Of a DNA stretch of 64,000 nucleotides, positions 42,548-52,852 are shown piece after piece. Position numbers and translations under genes: made by a program. The DNA is from Vicinamibacterales bacterium (GTDB lineage: Bacteria; Acidobacteriota; Vicinamibacteria; Vicinamibacterales; SCN-69-37), in NCBI GenBank assembly GCA_038319675.1, contig JBBQDM010000018.1:17839-81838 (forward strand), given 5' to 3'. The number at the start of each line of letters is the position of its first letter. Positions within the stretch are counted from its first letter, which is position 1. The notes under the pieces were generated by a model that searched no databases, had not been told where the DNA came from, and saw only the letters and a program-made list of their open reading frames with translations.

Positions 42548-43969
42548 ATGAACTCGGCACCTCGTATCATCCAGGGCGGCATGGGCGTCGGCATCTCGGA
42601 CTGGCGGCTCGCACAGGCCGTATCGACCGAGGGCCAACTCGGCGTGGTCAGCGGCACCGCGCTGGATCAGGTGCTGGCGCGACGTCTGCAACTGGGCGAC
42701 CCCGGTGGACACATGCGCCGGGCGTTCGACCACTTTCCCGTACCCCGTCTGGCTGCGCAGGTGTGGCAGCAGTACTACATTCCCGGAGGCAAGGACGACA
42801 CGGCGGCGTTCCGACTGCCACCGATGGCCACGGTCGAACCGGATCACGAATGGTTGACGTTGTGCGTCGTGGCCAACTTCGTCGAGGTCTTTCTCGCGCG
42901 TGAGGGACACACCAACCCGGTCGGCATCAACTACCTGGAGAAGATCCAGATCCCCCATCTGCCGTCGATCTACGGCGCCATGCTGGCGGGAGTCAGCTAC
43001 GTCCTGATGGGCGCGGGCATCCCGCTGAAGATTCCTGGCGTCCTCGATCGGTTTGCCCGACACGAATCGGCCAGCTATCCGCTGCACGTCACAGGCGGAG
43101 AGGCTGACGCACACATCCTGACCTTTGACCCGCAGGCCGTGATTGGCCTCGGGCCTGAGGCACCGCCGCTCGTCCGTCCGCAGTTCCTCGCCATCATCGC
43201 GTCGGACGTGCTCGCGCTCACGCTGCAGCGGCGCGCCAACGGACGCGTCGACGGATTCATCGTGGAGGCGCCCACGGCGGGAGGACACAACGCGCCTCCG
43301 CGTGGGACGCTGCAACTGAACGCCGAGGGCGAACCCATCTACGGCCCGCGCGACATCGTGAACCTCGAGAAACTGCGCGCATTGGGACTGCCGTTCTGGC
43401 TGGCCGGCGGCGCAGCGGCCGAGCACCGGTTGCAGGAGGCACTCGATGCCGGGGCCATGGGCATTCAGGTGGGCACGGCGTTTGCCCTCTGCGAGGAGTC
43501 CGGCCTCCATCAGGCCTATCGTCACACTCTGCTCGATCAGGCCCGCACCGGGGAGGTCCGCGTCTTCACCAGCCCCGTGGCATCGCCCGCCGGATTTCCC
43601 TTCAAGGTGGCCGACCTGCCGGGCACCTTGTCGGATCCCGAGATCCTGTCGACGCGACCACGCATCTGCGATCTCGGGTACCTGCGCGAGGCCTTTCAGA
43701 TGGACGACGGCGCGGTGGGATTCCGATGTCCGGCCGAACCCGTCAATGTGTATGCGTCAAAGGGCGGTGACGAGGCGGCCACCCACGGGCGGGTGTGCGT
43801 CTGCAACGGACTGCTTGCCACCGCCGGGTTCCCGCAAGTGCGCGCCGGACGCCACATCGAACCGGCCATCGTCACGATGGGTGACGACGTGCGAGGTGTG
43901 GTGCGTTTTCTGCCTCCGGGCGCCGACAGATACCGCGCGCGGGATGTGGTGCGCACGCTGCTGTCGTAG
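42548..43969 (+). CDS. Nitronate monooxygenase / 2-nitropropane dioxygenase-like FMN enzyme
   Basis: IIQGGMGVGIS, MGAGIP, VEAPTAGGH, LAGG, GIQVGTAF; Cys-containing C-terminus. Confidence 0.85.
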   Translation: MNSAPRIIQGGMGVGISDWRLAQAVSTEGQLGVVSGTALDQVLARRLQLGDPGGHMRRAFDHFPVPRLAAQVWQQYYIPGGKDDTAAFRLPPMATVEPDHEWLTLCVVANFVEVFLAREGHTNPVGINYLEKIQIPHLPSIYGAMLAGVSYVLMGAGIPLKIPGVLDRFARHESASYPLHVTGGEADAHILTFDPQAVIGLGPEAPPLVRPQFLAIIASDVLALTLQRRANGRVDGFIVEAPTAGGHNAPPRGTLQLNAEGEPIYGPRDIVNLEKLRALGLPFWLAGGAAAEHRLQEALDAGAMGIQVGTAFALCEESGLHQAYRHTLLDQARTGEVRVFTSPVASPAGFPFKVADLPGTLSDPEILSTRPRICDLGYLREAFQMDDGAVGFRCPAEPVNVYASKGGDEAATHGRVCVCNGLLATAGFPQVRAGRHIEPAIVTMGDDVRGVVRFLPPGADRYRARDVVRTLLS

Positions 43970-43987
43970 CGAGAGCGTATCGGACGG

Positions 43988-45259
43988 CTACTCGTAGCGG
44001 AGCGATTCGACAGGATCGAGGAGCGACGCACGCCGGGCAGGCAGATACCCGGCGATAACGCCCACACCGACGGCACTGCACACGCCGGCGACCACCGCCC
44101 AGAGCGGAGGCAGGGCAGGAAACGCCGGGGCCAGCGCGGCAGCCGCGGCACCAAGCAGCAGCGCAATCGTGACCCCCACCACTCCACCGATACCGGCCAG
44201 GATGGCCGACTCCAGCAGAAACTGCAGTCGCACGTCCTGCCGGCGTGCGCCGATCGCGAGGCGCAACCCAATCTCGCGCGTGCGCTCGGTCACACTGATC
44301 ACCATCACATTGGCGATACCGATCCCGCCAATGAGCAGCGATACACCGGCCAACCCGAGCGTGGCCAGAAAAATTTGCGCGCCGACCTGGTCGAACTGCG
44401 CGATGATTTGATCGGACGTGGAGAGCGTAAAGTCGTTCTCCGCATCGGGTGCCACCTGTCGAGTGAGACGCAGCACCGTCTCGGTCTCCGACCGCGCCAT
44501 GGCGCGAAGGCCTTCGCGGGCCTGCGCGTAAATCACCACCTGTTCCGCGTCCGGAAACCGTTGACGCACCGTGCCGAGCGGAATGGACACCACGCGGTCG
44601 TTCCGGTTCTCACCGAAGAAGGTGCCTTGCCTCGGTGCGGCCACGCCGACCACAAAATACCGATCGCCGCCGAGCAGGAACGACTGCCCCACCGGAGGCG
44701 TCTCGCCGAACAACGCCCGTGCGATGTTGGCCCCGAGCACGGCCACCGGGGCCGCGACGAGGCTTTCAGTCTCGGTGAACGGTCGCCCGGCCGAGAAGAT
44801 GGTATCGGTCACTTCAAAAAAATTCGGGGACGCGCCTTCGAGCAAGACCGTGTCGGACTCATTGCCGCCGGCCCGCGCGGTGATGACACGCGTACTCGTC
44901 GCGGTGGGGACCAGCACCTGAATGCCGACTGCGCCGACCGACGGGGCGAGACGCGCGATCGCCTCGGCATCCGCCACCGTCAACACGCGACGATTGGCAT
45001 CCGCATCCGATCCCGGTGTGTACGGATCGCCGCCGCGATGAAACGCAAAGATGTTGTCCGACCCCAGTTCACGAAACAGCGCCGCCACCGAATTGCGCAG
45101 GCCCGTGAGCGTCGACGCCACCAACACCACGGTCACAATCCCGATCACCAGACCAATGATCGCGAGCAGGGACCGCGCTTTGTGCGTACGAATCGAGTCG
45201 AGCGCGAGCACACCCGCTTCCTGAAGCGCGGAGTACCACCGATGCTGCGTGGTGGCCAT
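43988..45259 (-). CDS. MacB/FtsX-type ABC permease
   Basis: RSLLAIIGLVIGI, IGGIGIANVMVISVTERTREIGLRLAIGA, PARRASLLDPVESLRYE. Confidence 0.92.
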   Translation of the reverse strand: MATTQHRWYSALQEAGVLALDSIRTHKARSLLAIIGLVIGIVTVVLVASTLTGLRNSVAALFRELGSDNIFAFHRGGDPYTPGSDADANRRVLTVADAEAIARLAPSVGAVGIQVLVPTATSTRVITARAGGNESDTVLLEGASPNFFEVTDTIFSAGRPFTETESLVAAPVAVLGANIARALFGETPPVGQSFLLGGDRYFVVGVAAPRQGTFFGENRNDRVVSIPLGTVRQRFPDAEQVVIYAQAREGLRAMARSETETVLRLTRQVAPDAENDFTLSTSDQIIAQFDQVGAQIFLATLGLAGVSLLIGGIGIANVMVISVTERTREIGLRLAIGARRQDVRLQFLLESAILAGIGGVVGVTIALLLGAAAAALAPAFPALPPLWAVVAGVCSAVGVGVIAGYLPARRASLLDPVESLRYE

Positions 45260-45261
45260 GC

Positions 45262-46485
45262 CTACTCCGTCCTCAACGCGTCCACGATCACCAACCGCGT
45301 GGCGCGCCGTGCCGGATACCACCCGGCCACAATCCCACTCACCGCCGAGGCCACCAGGCTTGTCACCACGGTGGCCGTACTCACGGCCACCGGAAGCTCG
45401 GCCACCCCCGCCAACAGTGACACAACGCCCACCGCAAGCCCCAGTCCCACCAGACCACCAATCATGGCCGTGAGCGCTGATTCCGCCAGCACTTCGCGAA
45501 GGACGGACTGCCGCGTCGCACCAAGCGCGCGGCGCACGCCAATCTCCCGCGTCCGCTGCGTCACCGACACCAGCACCGTGTTGGTCACGACCACGATCGC
45601 CGCCAGGAGTGCCATCAGGGAGATGGGCCCGGCCGCCACGCCCACGCGACTCGAGAGACTGGCCACAAACCCGCGGGCCGCGTCCGGTGTCAACACATCG
45701 AACGCATCGGCCTCCCCGGGGGATTGGTTCCGTCGCGCCCGCATCGAGACGCGCGCACGCTCCTCGGCCACAGCGGCCGGCACGCCGGGCGCGGCACTCG
45801 CAAAAATCGGGAGCGTGGTCGGGGTCCCGAACGCGCGCTCCCACGCCGCCAGCGGCATCCACACAAAACGATCCAGCGACGTGCCGCCCGAACTGCCCTG
45901 TCGTACCTGCACGCCGACGACGTCGAAGCGCCGGCCGGCGATACGGACCGCCTGCCCGAGGGGATCGGTTGTGGGAAACAGCTGATCGGCGACATCAGCT
46001 CCGAGGACCACGACGGCGGCGCCGGTGCGGTCATCCTCCGGCACCAGGAATCGACCTGTGGCAATCGCCAGGTCGCGCATGCCGGCCAAGATCGATGTGG
46101 TGCCCGACACGGCGGCGGTCTCATACGTCCGTGACCCGACGGTCACTTCTGCGACCGTCTGCACGTTCGGCGCGTACTCCACCAGACCACCGGAGACCGA
46201 CTCCAGAAACCGCCAGTCCGACCGACGAATCGGCTGATTCCGCAGCAACTGGTCCTGGAACTCACGTCGGGACACCCGCCCAGGTGCCGCCACCTGACCG
46301 AGCAGAAACGTTTCCGACCCGAACGCCCGCGCGGTGGTCGCTTCGGCCGACGCCGCCACCCCATCAAGCGCCGCCACCACGATGACCTGCGTGAAGACGG
46401 CGACCGCAATCGCCAACGCCCCGAGCGCGGACCTGAGTCGATTGGCCCGCAGCGTGGCTGCGGCTTGGCGGAGGGACTCGATCAT
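45262..46485 (-). CDS. MacB/FtsX-type ABC permease
   Basis: NRLRSALG, VSVTQRTREIGVRRALGA, YPARRA. Confidence 0.92.
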   Translation of the reverse strand: MIESLRQAAATLRANRLRSALGALAIAVAVFTQVIVVAALDGVAASAEATTARAFGSETFLLGQVAAPGRVSRREFQDQLLRNQPIRRSDWRFLESVSGGLVEYAPNVQTVAEVTVGSRTYETAAVSGTTSILAGMRDLAIATGRFLVPEDDRTGAAVVVLGADVADQLFPTTDPLGQAVRIAGRRFDVVGVQVRQGSSGGTSLDRFVWMPLAAWERAFGTPTTLPIFASAAPGVPAAVAEERARVSMRARRNQSPGEADAFDVLTPDAARGFVASLSSRVGVAAGPISLMALLAAIVVVTNTVLVSVTQRTREIGVRRALGATRQSVLREVLAESALTAMIGGLVGLGLAVGVVSLLAGVAELPVAVSTATVVTSLVASAVSGIVAGWYPARRATRLVIVDALRTE

Positions 46486-46532
46486 GAACCTGTTCGATGC
46501 CGGACCATGCCAGTATAGAAGGTATCGTGCGA

Positions 46533-47762
46533 ATGTCTCGGAGTCTCGTGGTGGTAGTGCTGGTCGTAGTCGCGGCCAGTGTGTGGTGGTGGATGGGGCG
46601 GTCCTCCGGGGGGACCGATGTCAGTGTCACTACGGTGGAGCGGGTCGCCGAGTTGCGGTCGTACGTCACGGCCTCGGGCGAGATCGTGGCGACGCGGTAC
46701 GCCAACCTCGGCTCATCAACCATGGGACGCATCGTCAGCCTGACGGTGCGAGAGGGGGATCGGGTATCGGCGGGTCAGGTACTGGCACGCATCGACCCCG
46801 TGCAGGCGGAAAGTGGTGTGGCTGCGAGTGTGGCCGCCGTCCAGGCACTGCAAGCCGACGCAGGCGGCACCCAGGACGGTGTGCGCGCGGCACAGGCCGA
46901 GATCGATGCCGCCGTGGCACGGCAGGCGCAGGCCGATCAGGCTCTGCAACGGGCGAAGGAATTGGCCGCGGCCGGCCTCACATCGAGAGCAGAACTGGAT
47001 GCGGCTACGGCGGCAGCCGATACCGCCGCCGCGCAAGTGGCCGCCGCACGCGCCGCCTTCGCGCGAGCGACACAGGCACAAGGGGCATCGTCGCAGCGCG
47101 TGGCGCAGGGCCGGGCCGAGTTGGCGCGTGTGCGCGATCAATTGGCCAAGACCGCCATTACGGCGCCCATCGACGGGGTGGTCACGCGCCTGTCGGTCGA
47201 GGAAGGCGAGATGGTGGTGATGGGTGTGCAGAACCAGCCCGGCACCACATTGATGACGATCTCGGATCTCAGCGCGCTCAACGCGGAAGTGAAGGTGGCC
47301 GAGGCGGATGTACTTCGTCTGCTGCTGGATCAGCCGGCGCGCATCTCACTTGATGCACTCAGCGGCACCTCATTCGCAGGACGAGTGGTTGAGATCGGCG
47401 CCAGTGCACTTAGCCAGGTCGGTGCGCAGGCCGCAGCACGTGAGTTCCGGATCAAGGTGCGCATGGAGGGCGACACGTCGGCACTGCGGCCCGGCCTGAC
47501 CTGCGACACCGAGATTCTTGTGGCCGAGCGACGGAACGTCCTCGCCGTGCCGCTGCAAGCCGTCGTGCAGCGGAATGGCCGGAGTGGTGTGTTTATTGTG
47601 GAGAACGGAAGTGCCACATTCACGCCGGTCACCACCGGCATCATCGGCGGCCTGCAGATCGAAGTGGACGGCTTGACCGAAGGGGCCTCCATCGTGACCG
47701 GGCCCTTCCAGACATTGCGCGACCTGCCGGACGGCGCCGCCGTCCGGCAGATCGCCCAGTAG
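46533..47762 (+). CDS. Periplasmic adaptor (MacA/HlyD-type membrane fusion protein)
   Basis: N-terminal TM, VREGDRVSAGQVLARID, helical hairpin, ITAPIDGVV, LRPGLT. Confidence 0.92.
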   Translation: MSRSLVVVVLVVVAASVWWWMGRSSGGTDVSVTTVERVAELRSYVTASGEIVATRYANLGSSTMGRIVSLTVREGDRVSAGQVLARIDPVQAESGVAASVAAVQALQADAGGTQDGVRAAQAEIDAAVARQAQADQALQRAKELAAAGLTSRAELDAATAAADTAAAQVAAARAAFARATQAQGASSQRVAQGRAELARVRDQLAKTAITAPIDGVVTRLSVEEGEMVVMGVQNQPGTTLMTISDLSALNAEVKVAEADVLRLLLDQPARISLDALSGTSFAGRVVEIGASALSQVGAQAAAREFRIKVRMEGDTSALRPGLTCDTEILVAERRNVLAVPLQAVVQRNGRSGVFIVENGSATFTPVTTGIIGGLQIEVDGLTEGASIVTGPFQTLRDLPDGAAVRQIAQ

Positions 47763-47770
47763 CTCGGAGC

Positions 47771-48385
47771 TCAGTCGTCGCAGTCGCAGGCGTCGCAGTC
47801 CCGCTCTTCAGGCCGCGGGGTGTAGGACGTGATCCCGCCGCGGCGATCGAGTTCGACGCGGCAACATGCGTCGACAGCCTCGCGCAGCCGATGGCGGGCG
47901 CGTTGCACGCGGCTCTTCATGCCCGAGACCGAGACGCCCAGTTGTCGCGCCGCATCCACCTGCGACACGCCGTCGAATTCGACCAGCGCGAGCGCCTGCT
48001 GATCCACCTCGGCCAACTCGGACATCAGCGGGCGCAGACACGTGGACAGCTCGGACAACGCCGTGGGTTCATCGGCCTCCGGAGCCGCCACGGCCCCTTC
48101 GCCCTCGTCATACACATCCTCAGCGTCACCCATGGCGAGTTCGCGACGATGGGCTGGTGTGCGGTAGAAATCGATAATGGCGCGGCGGGTCATCTGGTAG
48201 AGCCAGGCCGGCAGCCGCTCAGTGTCGCGCAGCTGAGGCAACGCACGGTGCACCTGCAGGAACACCCGCTGCACCACGTCCTCCGCATCGGCAGGATTGC
48301 GTACACGCCTGGTGACGAACCGCAGAAGGTTCGCGTGAAACTCGACCCAAATCGCCTCAGTCGTGAGCGCCATACTCGCCGCCAT
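47771..48385 (-). CDS. ECF sigma factor, SigZ-like
   Basis: IWVEFHANL, DAEDVVQ, GVSVSGMKSRVQRAR, CCRVELDRRG, Cys-rich tail. Confidence 0.88.
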   Translation of the reverse strand: MAASMALTTEAIWVEFHANLLRFVTRRVRNPADAEDVVQRVFLQVHRALPQLRDTERLPAWLYQMTRRAIIDFYRTPAHRRELAMGDAEDVYDEGEGAVAAPEADEPTALSELSTCLRPLMSELAEVDQQALALVEFDGVSQVDAARQLGVSVSGMKSRVQRARHRLREAVDACCRVELDRRGGITSYTPRPEERDCDACDCDD

Positions 48386-48445
48386 GTTCCCACAGACGGC
48401 AGGACTTCCAAAAAGGGCGCAGCAAGCGCGCGTCGGTGCCGGTGG

Positions 48446-48733
48446 TCAGGCCCGCGGGATGACCCCTGTCACACCAAGGCGCTCAAGCGCCCGATCGAGC
48501 GACGCTTCAAGCCTGGGCACCGTCAGCGCGTCTGCCCACAGGATGATGGCCTGCCGCGAGGGCTGCTCTGTCTCGCGCGGAGACCGAAACGTCGGCGCTC
48601 CGTCGAGCGGGTTGAACTCGATCCAGCCATGCCAGGCCCCTTTGGGGGTCGCCAGCGCACACGCCTTCGCCTTGCACGCCACCCCATTCAGGCCCGTCAC
48701 GGGTTGTTGATACTCAGCGACAATTACGGCCAT
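48446..48733 (-). CDS. Small hypothetical protein
   Basis: 95 aa with AGG RBS; WHGWIEF and RETEQP look like conserved motifs; fills intergenic gap. Confidence 0.6.
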   Translation of the reverse strand: MAVIVAEYQQPVTGLNGVACKAKACALATPKGAWHGWIEFNPLDGAPTFRSPRETEQPSRQAIILWADALTVPRLEASLDRALERLGVTGVIPRA

Positions 48734-48775
48734 ACCTGTCAGTCCTCGATAGACGCCACTGCAAGATCGCGGCCA

Positions 48776-48811
48776 GGGTTTCGTGTAGGCCGAAAACCCT
48801 ACCCGAAACCC
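48776..48811. terminator. Stem-loop after the VPS10-like gene, sharing a core with the repeat at 403-505
   Basis: GGGTTTCGTGTAGG / CCTACCCGAAACCC; shared AAAAC(C)CTACCCGAAA. Confidence 0.55.
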
Positions 48812-48813
48812 CC

Positions 48814-51594
48814 TTACTGCACGCGGGAAGCTCCTGGGTCAGGCCGCACCACGATCACGGAATTGACGACGCGATCGCCAATCGTGAGCTTCACGCGATA
48901 CCTGCCTGGGCCCGCCGCAGCCCCCGCACCACCGCCACGGCCCCCGCCACGCCCCCCGCCTTCACCACCGCGGGCACCACCGCGCGCTCCACCACCCTGC
49001 GCGGCAAACGTGAGCGGCCAGAAGTAGCGGTTGATGCCCTGTTGCACCGGAATGTCAGTGGTGAACGTCCGATCCTCTCCGCCCGTGATTTCGATCTGCG
49101 CGCTCGTTACCGACGAGTTGCCGACGTAAAAACTCACCGTCGCCGAGTTGCGGAGTTCCGACGGGGAGTTGGCTGGCGCGCTCTGCGCGATGGTCAGGGG
49201 ATTACGTCCCTGAAACAGCAGGTGCCCACGCGTGGCACCTCGGCTGACCGCCTTCCAGATCGTGGCAACACGGTTGCTGAATGCATGGACCTGGGACGAG
49301 AGCACGGCCGGCGTCAACTGCTGCAGCGGCGTGATGTCGTCGAGAATCCACAGGCTGCGGCCATGGGTGCCGGCCACCAGATCGTTATCGCGGGGATGAA
49401 TCACCAGATCATGCACGGCCACAGTGGGCATGCCGGTCATCATCTTGTGCCACGCGCCCCCGCCATCGATGGTGGCGTAGACGCCGAACTCGGTGCCGAC
49501 AAACAGCAGGCTCGGGTTCTTGAGGTCTTCCTTGATGACATACACCGGGTCCCGCTGCGGGATGTTGGATGTGATGTTCGTCCACGTCGCGCCGAAGTCG
49601 GTGGTCTTGAACACGTACGGTTTGAAGTTGCCCGTGCGATGTGCGTCAAAGCTGACGTACGCCGTGCCGGCGTCGTATCGCGAGGGCTCCACCCGGCTCA
49701 CCCACGTGCGCACGGGCACCTGGCTGGCCGGCAGGTTGTCCCTCACATTCGTCCACGTCGTGCCGCCATCCCTCGTCACCTGCACATTCCCATCGTCAGT
49801 CCCAGCCCAAATAACGCCGGGGAGGATGGGCGACTCGACGACGGTGACCAGGGTCGCGTGCCGCTCGGCCCCGCCACGTTCCCCGAGGAACGGCCCAGGG
49901 GCGGGTGTGGTGTAGTCGGGGTCGTTGGTGGAGAGATCAGGACTGATGATCGACCAGCTCTCCCCACGATCCGTGCTGCGGAACAGGTAATTGCTGCCCA
50001 GATACACCACCTTGGAATCGTGCGGCGACAGAATCAGCGGGGAACTCCAGTTGTACCGGAAGCTCGGCGCGGCCCCTTCACGCGCGGTCACCTCCTCGAG
50101 GTTGAGGATGGTGGGATTCCGAGGCGTCACCGTCGTGCCCGTCTGCCTGAAGTCGGCATCCAGACGACGGACGTTGCCGTTCTGCGTTTCCGTGAAGACC
50201 GTGGTCCAGTCCTCAGGGTCCACCGTGGTGTGGAAGCCGTCGCCTGAGTGGAACTTCCACCAATGGTCGGTCAGGATCCCGTTGTAGTCGCGGCTGTTGC
50301 TGGGGCCGCCCCAGTTGCCGCTGTCCTGCAGACCACCATAGATGTAATACGGATCACGATTGTCGAGCGTGATGGCGTAATACTGCGCGATGTCCATGTT
50401 GTCGAACATGATGAACTGTTCACCGCGGTTGTAGGTGACAGAGGCCCCCTTGTCGTTACCGATGTAGAACCTGTCGCTGTTGTTCGGATCGATCCACATC
50501 GCGTGGAAGTCGCCCTCAATCCCGTTGAGTCGCCGATCGAACGTGCGGCCGCCATCCTCGGACACCTGCGCCTGCACCACCATGTAGTACAGGCGGTTGG
50601 CATCATTCGGATCGAGCTGGATGTGGCTGTAATAAAACGGCCGGCTGTTGCTGTTGTTGACGTACGTCCACGTCGCGCCGGCATCTTCAGATCGATATAT
50701 ACCTGACCCCGGCGTAGTCAGATCCTCGCTGGGGACCGCCTCGACGATGGCGGAGAGGATGCGCGGGTCTTTTCTGAAAATTGTCAGACCCACCTTGCCG
50801 ATGTTGCCGGTCGGCAGACCGACGGTCAGCTTCGTCCAGCTCTGGCCGCCGTTGGTGGACTTGTAGATGCCGCCGTTGGGGCCGCCGCTCTCGAAGACGT
50901 AGGCGCGTCGCAGCCGCTCCCACATACCGGCGTAGAGGATCTCCGGATTGGTCGGGTCCATGAGGATGTCGCTGGCGCCCGTGCGTCCGTCCTGCGGCAG
51001 CCCGTTGGTGAGCCACTGCCATGTCTTGCCGCCGTCGGTCGTCTTGTAGATGCCGCGTTCGGGGTTGTGATCCCAGAGGTGGCCCTGTGCGGCGACGTAG
51101 GCGATGTCGGGATTGGTCGGGTGGGTCAGCACCTTGCCGATGTGGTGCGACTCGGGGAGACCGACGTTCACAAACGTTTTGCCACCGTCGGTGGACTTGT
51201 AGACGCCGTCACCCCACGCCACGCTGTTGCGCACACAATCTTCGCCGGTGCCCACCCAGATGATGTCGGGGTTCGGCTGGAAAATCGCGACGTCACCAAT
51301 CGAGGCGACCGGGTAGTTCTCGAAGATGGGCGTAAAGGTTGTGCCGGCATTCACCGACTTCCACACACCGCCCGATGCCGACGCGATGTAGACAATCGCC
51401 GGATTCGCCTCGACGGCCTCAATGTCGGAGATGCGGCCCGACATGTTGGCCGGACCGATGTTGCGCCACTCCAGCTGGCCGAACAACGCCTCCGACGTCG
51501 GCGCCGTCGGCGTCTGGGCAAAGGGATTCGAGGCGAGCGCGGTGGCACAGAGGGCCACCAGGCCAACAGCGAGAGACAGCTTGATCCGGAACAT
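48814..51594 (-). CDS. Secreted VPS10/sortilin-like BNR (Asp-box) beta-propeller protein, glycosyl hydrolase-like
   Basis: WRNIGPANMSGRI, many SxDGGxTW Asp-boxes, GGLQDSG, RYNWSSP, GTHGRSLWILDD. Confidence 0.88.
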   Translation of the reverse strand: MFRIKLSLAVGLVALCATALASNPFAQTPTAPTSEALFGQLEWRNIGPANMSGRISDIEAVEANPAIVYIASASGGVWKSVNAGTTFTPIFENYPVASIGDVAIFQPNPDIIWVGTGEDCVRNSVAWGDGVYKSTDGGKTFVNVGLPESHHIGKVLTHPTNPDIAYVAAQGHLWDHNPERGIYKTTDGGKTWQWLTNGLPQDGRTGASDILMDPTNPEILYAGMWERLRRAYVFESGGPNGGIYKSTNGGQSWTKLTVGLPTGNIGKVGLTIFRKDPRILSAIVEAVPSEDLTTPGSGIYRSEDAGATWTYVNNSNSRPFYYSHIQLDPNDANRLYYMVVQAQVSEDGGRTFDRRLNGIEGDFHAMWIDPNNSDRFYIGNDKGASVTYNRGEQFIMFDNMDIAQYYAITLDNRDPYYIYGGLQDSGNWGGPSNSRDYNGILTDHWWKFHSGDGFHTTVDPEDWTTVFTETQNGNVRRLDADFRQTGTTVTPRNPTILNLEEVTAREGAAPSFRYNWSSPLILSPHDSKVVYLGSNYLFRSTDRGESWSIISPDLSTNDPDYTTPAPGPFLGERGGAERHATLVTVVESPILPGVIWAGTDDGNVQVTRDGGTTWTNVRDNLPASQVPVRTWVSRVEPSRYDAGTAYVSFDAHRTGNFKPYVFKTTDFGATWTNITSNIPQRDPVYVIKEDLKNPSLLFVGTEFGVYATIDGGGAWHKMMTGMPTVAVHDLVIHPRDNDLVAGTHGRSLWILDDITPLQQLTPAVLSSQVHAFSNRVATIWKAVSRGATRGHLLFQGRNPLTIAQSAPANSPSELRNSATVSFYVGNSSVTSAQIEITGGEDRTFTTDIPVQQGINRYFWPLTFAAQGGGARGGARGGEGGGRGGGRGGGAGAAAGPGRYRVKLTIGDRVVNSVIVVRPDPGASRVQ

Positions 51595-51618
51595 GCGGGG
51601 ACGATAACACGGGACGAC

Positions 51619-51676
51619 AAAAACGTCGGGTGCCTTTCGCTAGCGCTCAGAGCAGAAAAGGCACCCGACGTCTTTT
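51619..51676 (-). terminator. Intrinsic terminator-like inverted repeat
   Basis: ACGTCGGGTGCCTTT / AAAGGCACCCGACGT 15-bp arms flanked by A and T tracts. Confidence 0.65.
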
Positions 51677-52265
51677 ACTTCACAACGTTCAACGTGAGCT
51701 CGATCTTCGTCACATCGCCGGTCATCCTGTCGGTGGCCAGCGAGTGCTGCACGGTCTGGCCGTCGCGAAGAATCGGCTGCGCCGTCGCCCGGAAGGACTG
51801 ATTCGCCGTCCTGGGACCAATAAATTCCGGGTCGGTAACCGCAGGCACGACCTGCGAATCCTCAATCAGCACCTCCAGTCTGTAGCGGCCTTCCCCGTGG
51901 TCTTGCGCGTTCACCGTAACAGACGTCCCAATGGATCGGTAGGTGAACGACGCCACCGGCGTGGACTTCTTGTCTGCCCCCTCGCCCTGCGCGATGATAA
52001 TCGTCGGAACCGGTACTTCCGATCCGAAGCGAATGGTTGCGGAACTCCCGGTGTTCACCCACAACTCAAACGGCAATCGCGACACCACAGTCTGTGCTTT
52101 GTCGCTCTTGTAGCGCGTCATGACGACAGTCACCTTGAGGGGAACGACCGCCGCTTCCGCTTTCTGTTGCGCCGCGGGCCCCTGAGCGTGTCCCAGTCCT
52201 GAGGCCATCACCATGCCCACCATCACGGCCATCACCCAACGCGTGTGTCTCATCTGCAGTGTCAT
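51675..52265 (-). CDS. Secreted hypothetical protein with secretin-like beta motifs
   Basis: Signal peptide; YRSIGTSV, YRLEVLIEDS, ILRDGQT; ATGA-coupled to upstream gene. Confidence 0.65.
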   Translation of the reverse strand: MTLQMRHTRWVMAVMVGMVMASGLGHAQGPAAQQKAEAAVVPLKVTVVMTRYKSDKAQTVVSRLPFELWVNTGSSATIRFGSEVPVPTIIIAQGEGADKKSTPVASFTYRSIGTSVTVNAQDHGEGRYRLEVLIEDSQVVPAVTDPEFIGPRTANQSFRATAQPILRDGQTVQHSLATDRMTGDVTKIELTLNVVK

Positions 52266-52852
52266 TTCGTCTCCAGTGCCGCAACGGCGCGGCGAATAAT
52301 GGGAAGTCCTTCAATCGGCGCGCGGTTGCCGACCACCACGACCGGCAGCACACGCACCGGTTCAATCACCACCGGCGTTGTCTCGATTGTCGTCACCTCG
52401 ACAGGAGGCGTCTCGGTCTCGCCTGCCGTCACTCGATGCCCCGCCCAGATGGCCTGCAACACCGCCATCTGGTTCGTGACGACGAGGAGCGGGTCCGGTT
52501 CGGTCACCGGTGCCACCTGGTTGGCCCGTCGAGGCTGCGGTGCCGCTGCGATGGGCTCGACTTCCGCTCGTACCGTGGGCGTCGCAGCGAACGACGTGGC
52601 AGTGTTGGCCGCCACTGCAGAAGGCACGATGAGGGGTGCTGTGGCTGTCATTGCCACGGGTTCGGCAGGCTCGGGCCACTGGGTGACCACAACAAGCAAC
52701 AGACTCGCAGCAATCGCAAGACCAGACATCGTCGTGCGCATCACCAGACGGCGTCGCGCAATCCGCGACCGTACGCCATCGGCAAAATTACGCGATGGCG
52801 CCACGTCGAGGGTGCGGCCCAGTTCCTGGAACAGGTCGTCGTGCTGGCTCAT
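52262..52852 (-). CDS. Putative anti-sigma factor (single TM, Pro/Thr-rich periplasmic part)
   Basis: PSRNFADGVRSRI then LAIAASLLLVVV; ATGA-coupled to ECF sigma gene. Confidence 0.65.
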   Translation of the reverse strand: MSQHDDLFQELGRTLDVAPSRNFADGVRSRIARRRLVMRTTMSGLAIAASLLLVVVTQWPEPAEPVAMTATAPLIVPSAVAANTATSFAATPTVRAEVEPIAAAPQPRRANQVAPVTEPDPLLVVTNQMAVLQAIWAGHRVTAGETETPPVEVTTIETTPVVIEPVRVLPVVVVGNRAPIEGLPIIRRAVAALETK

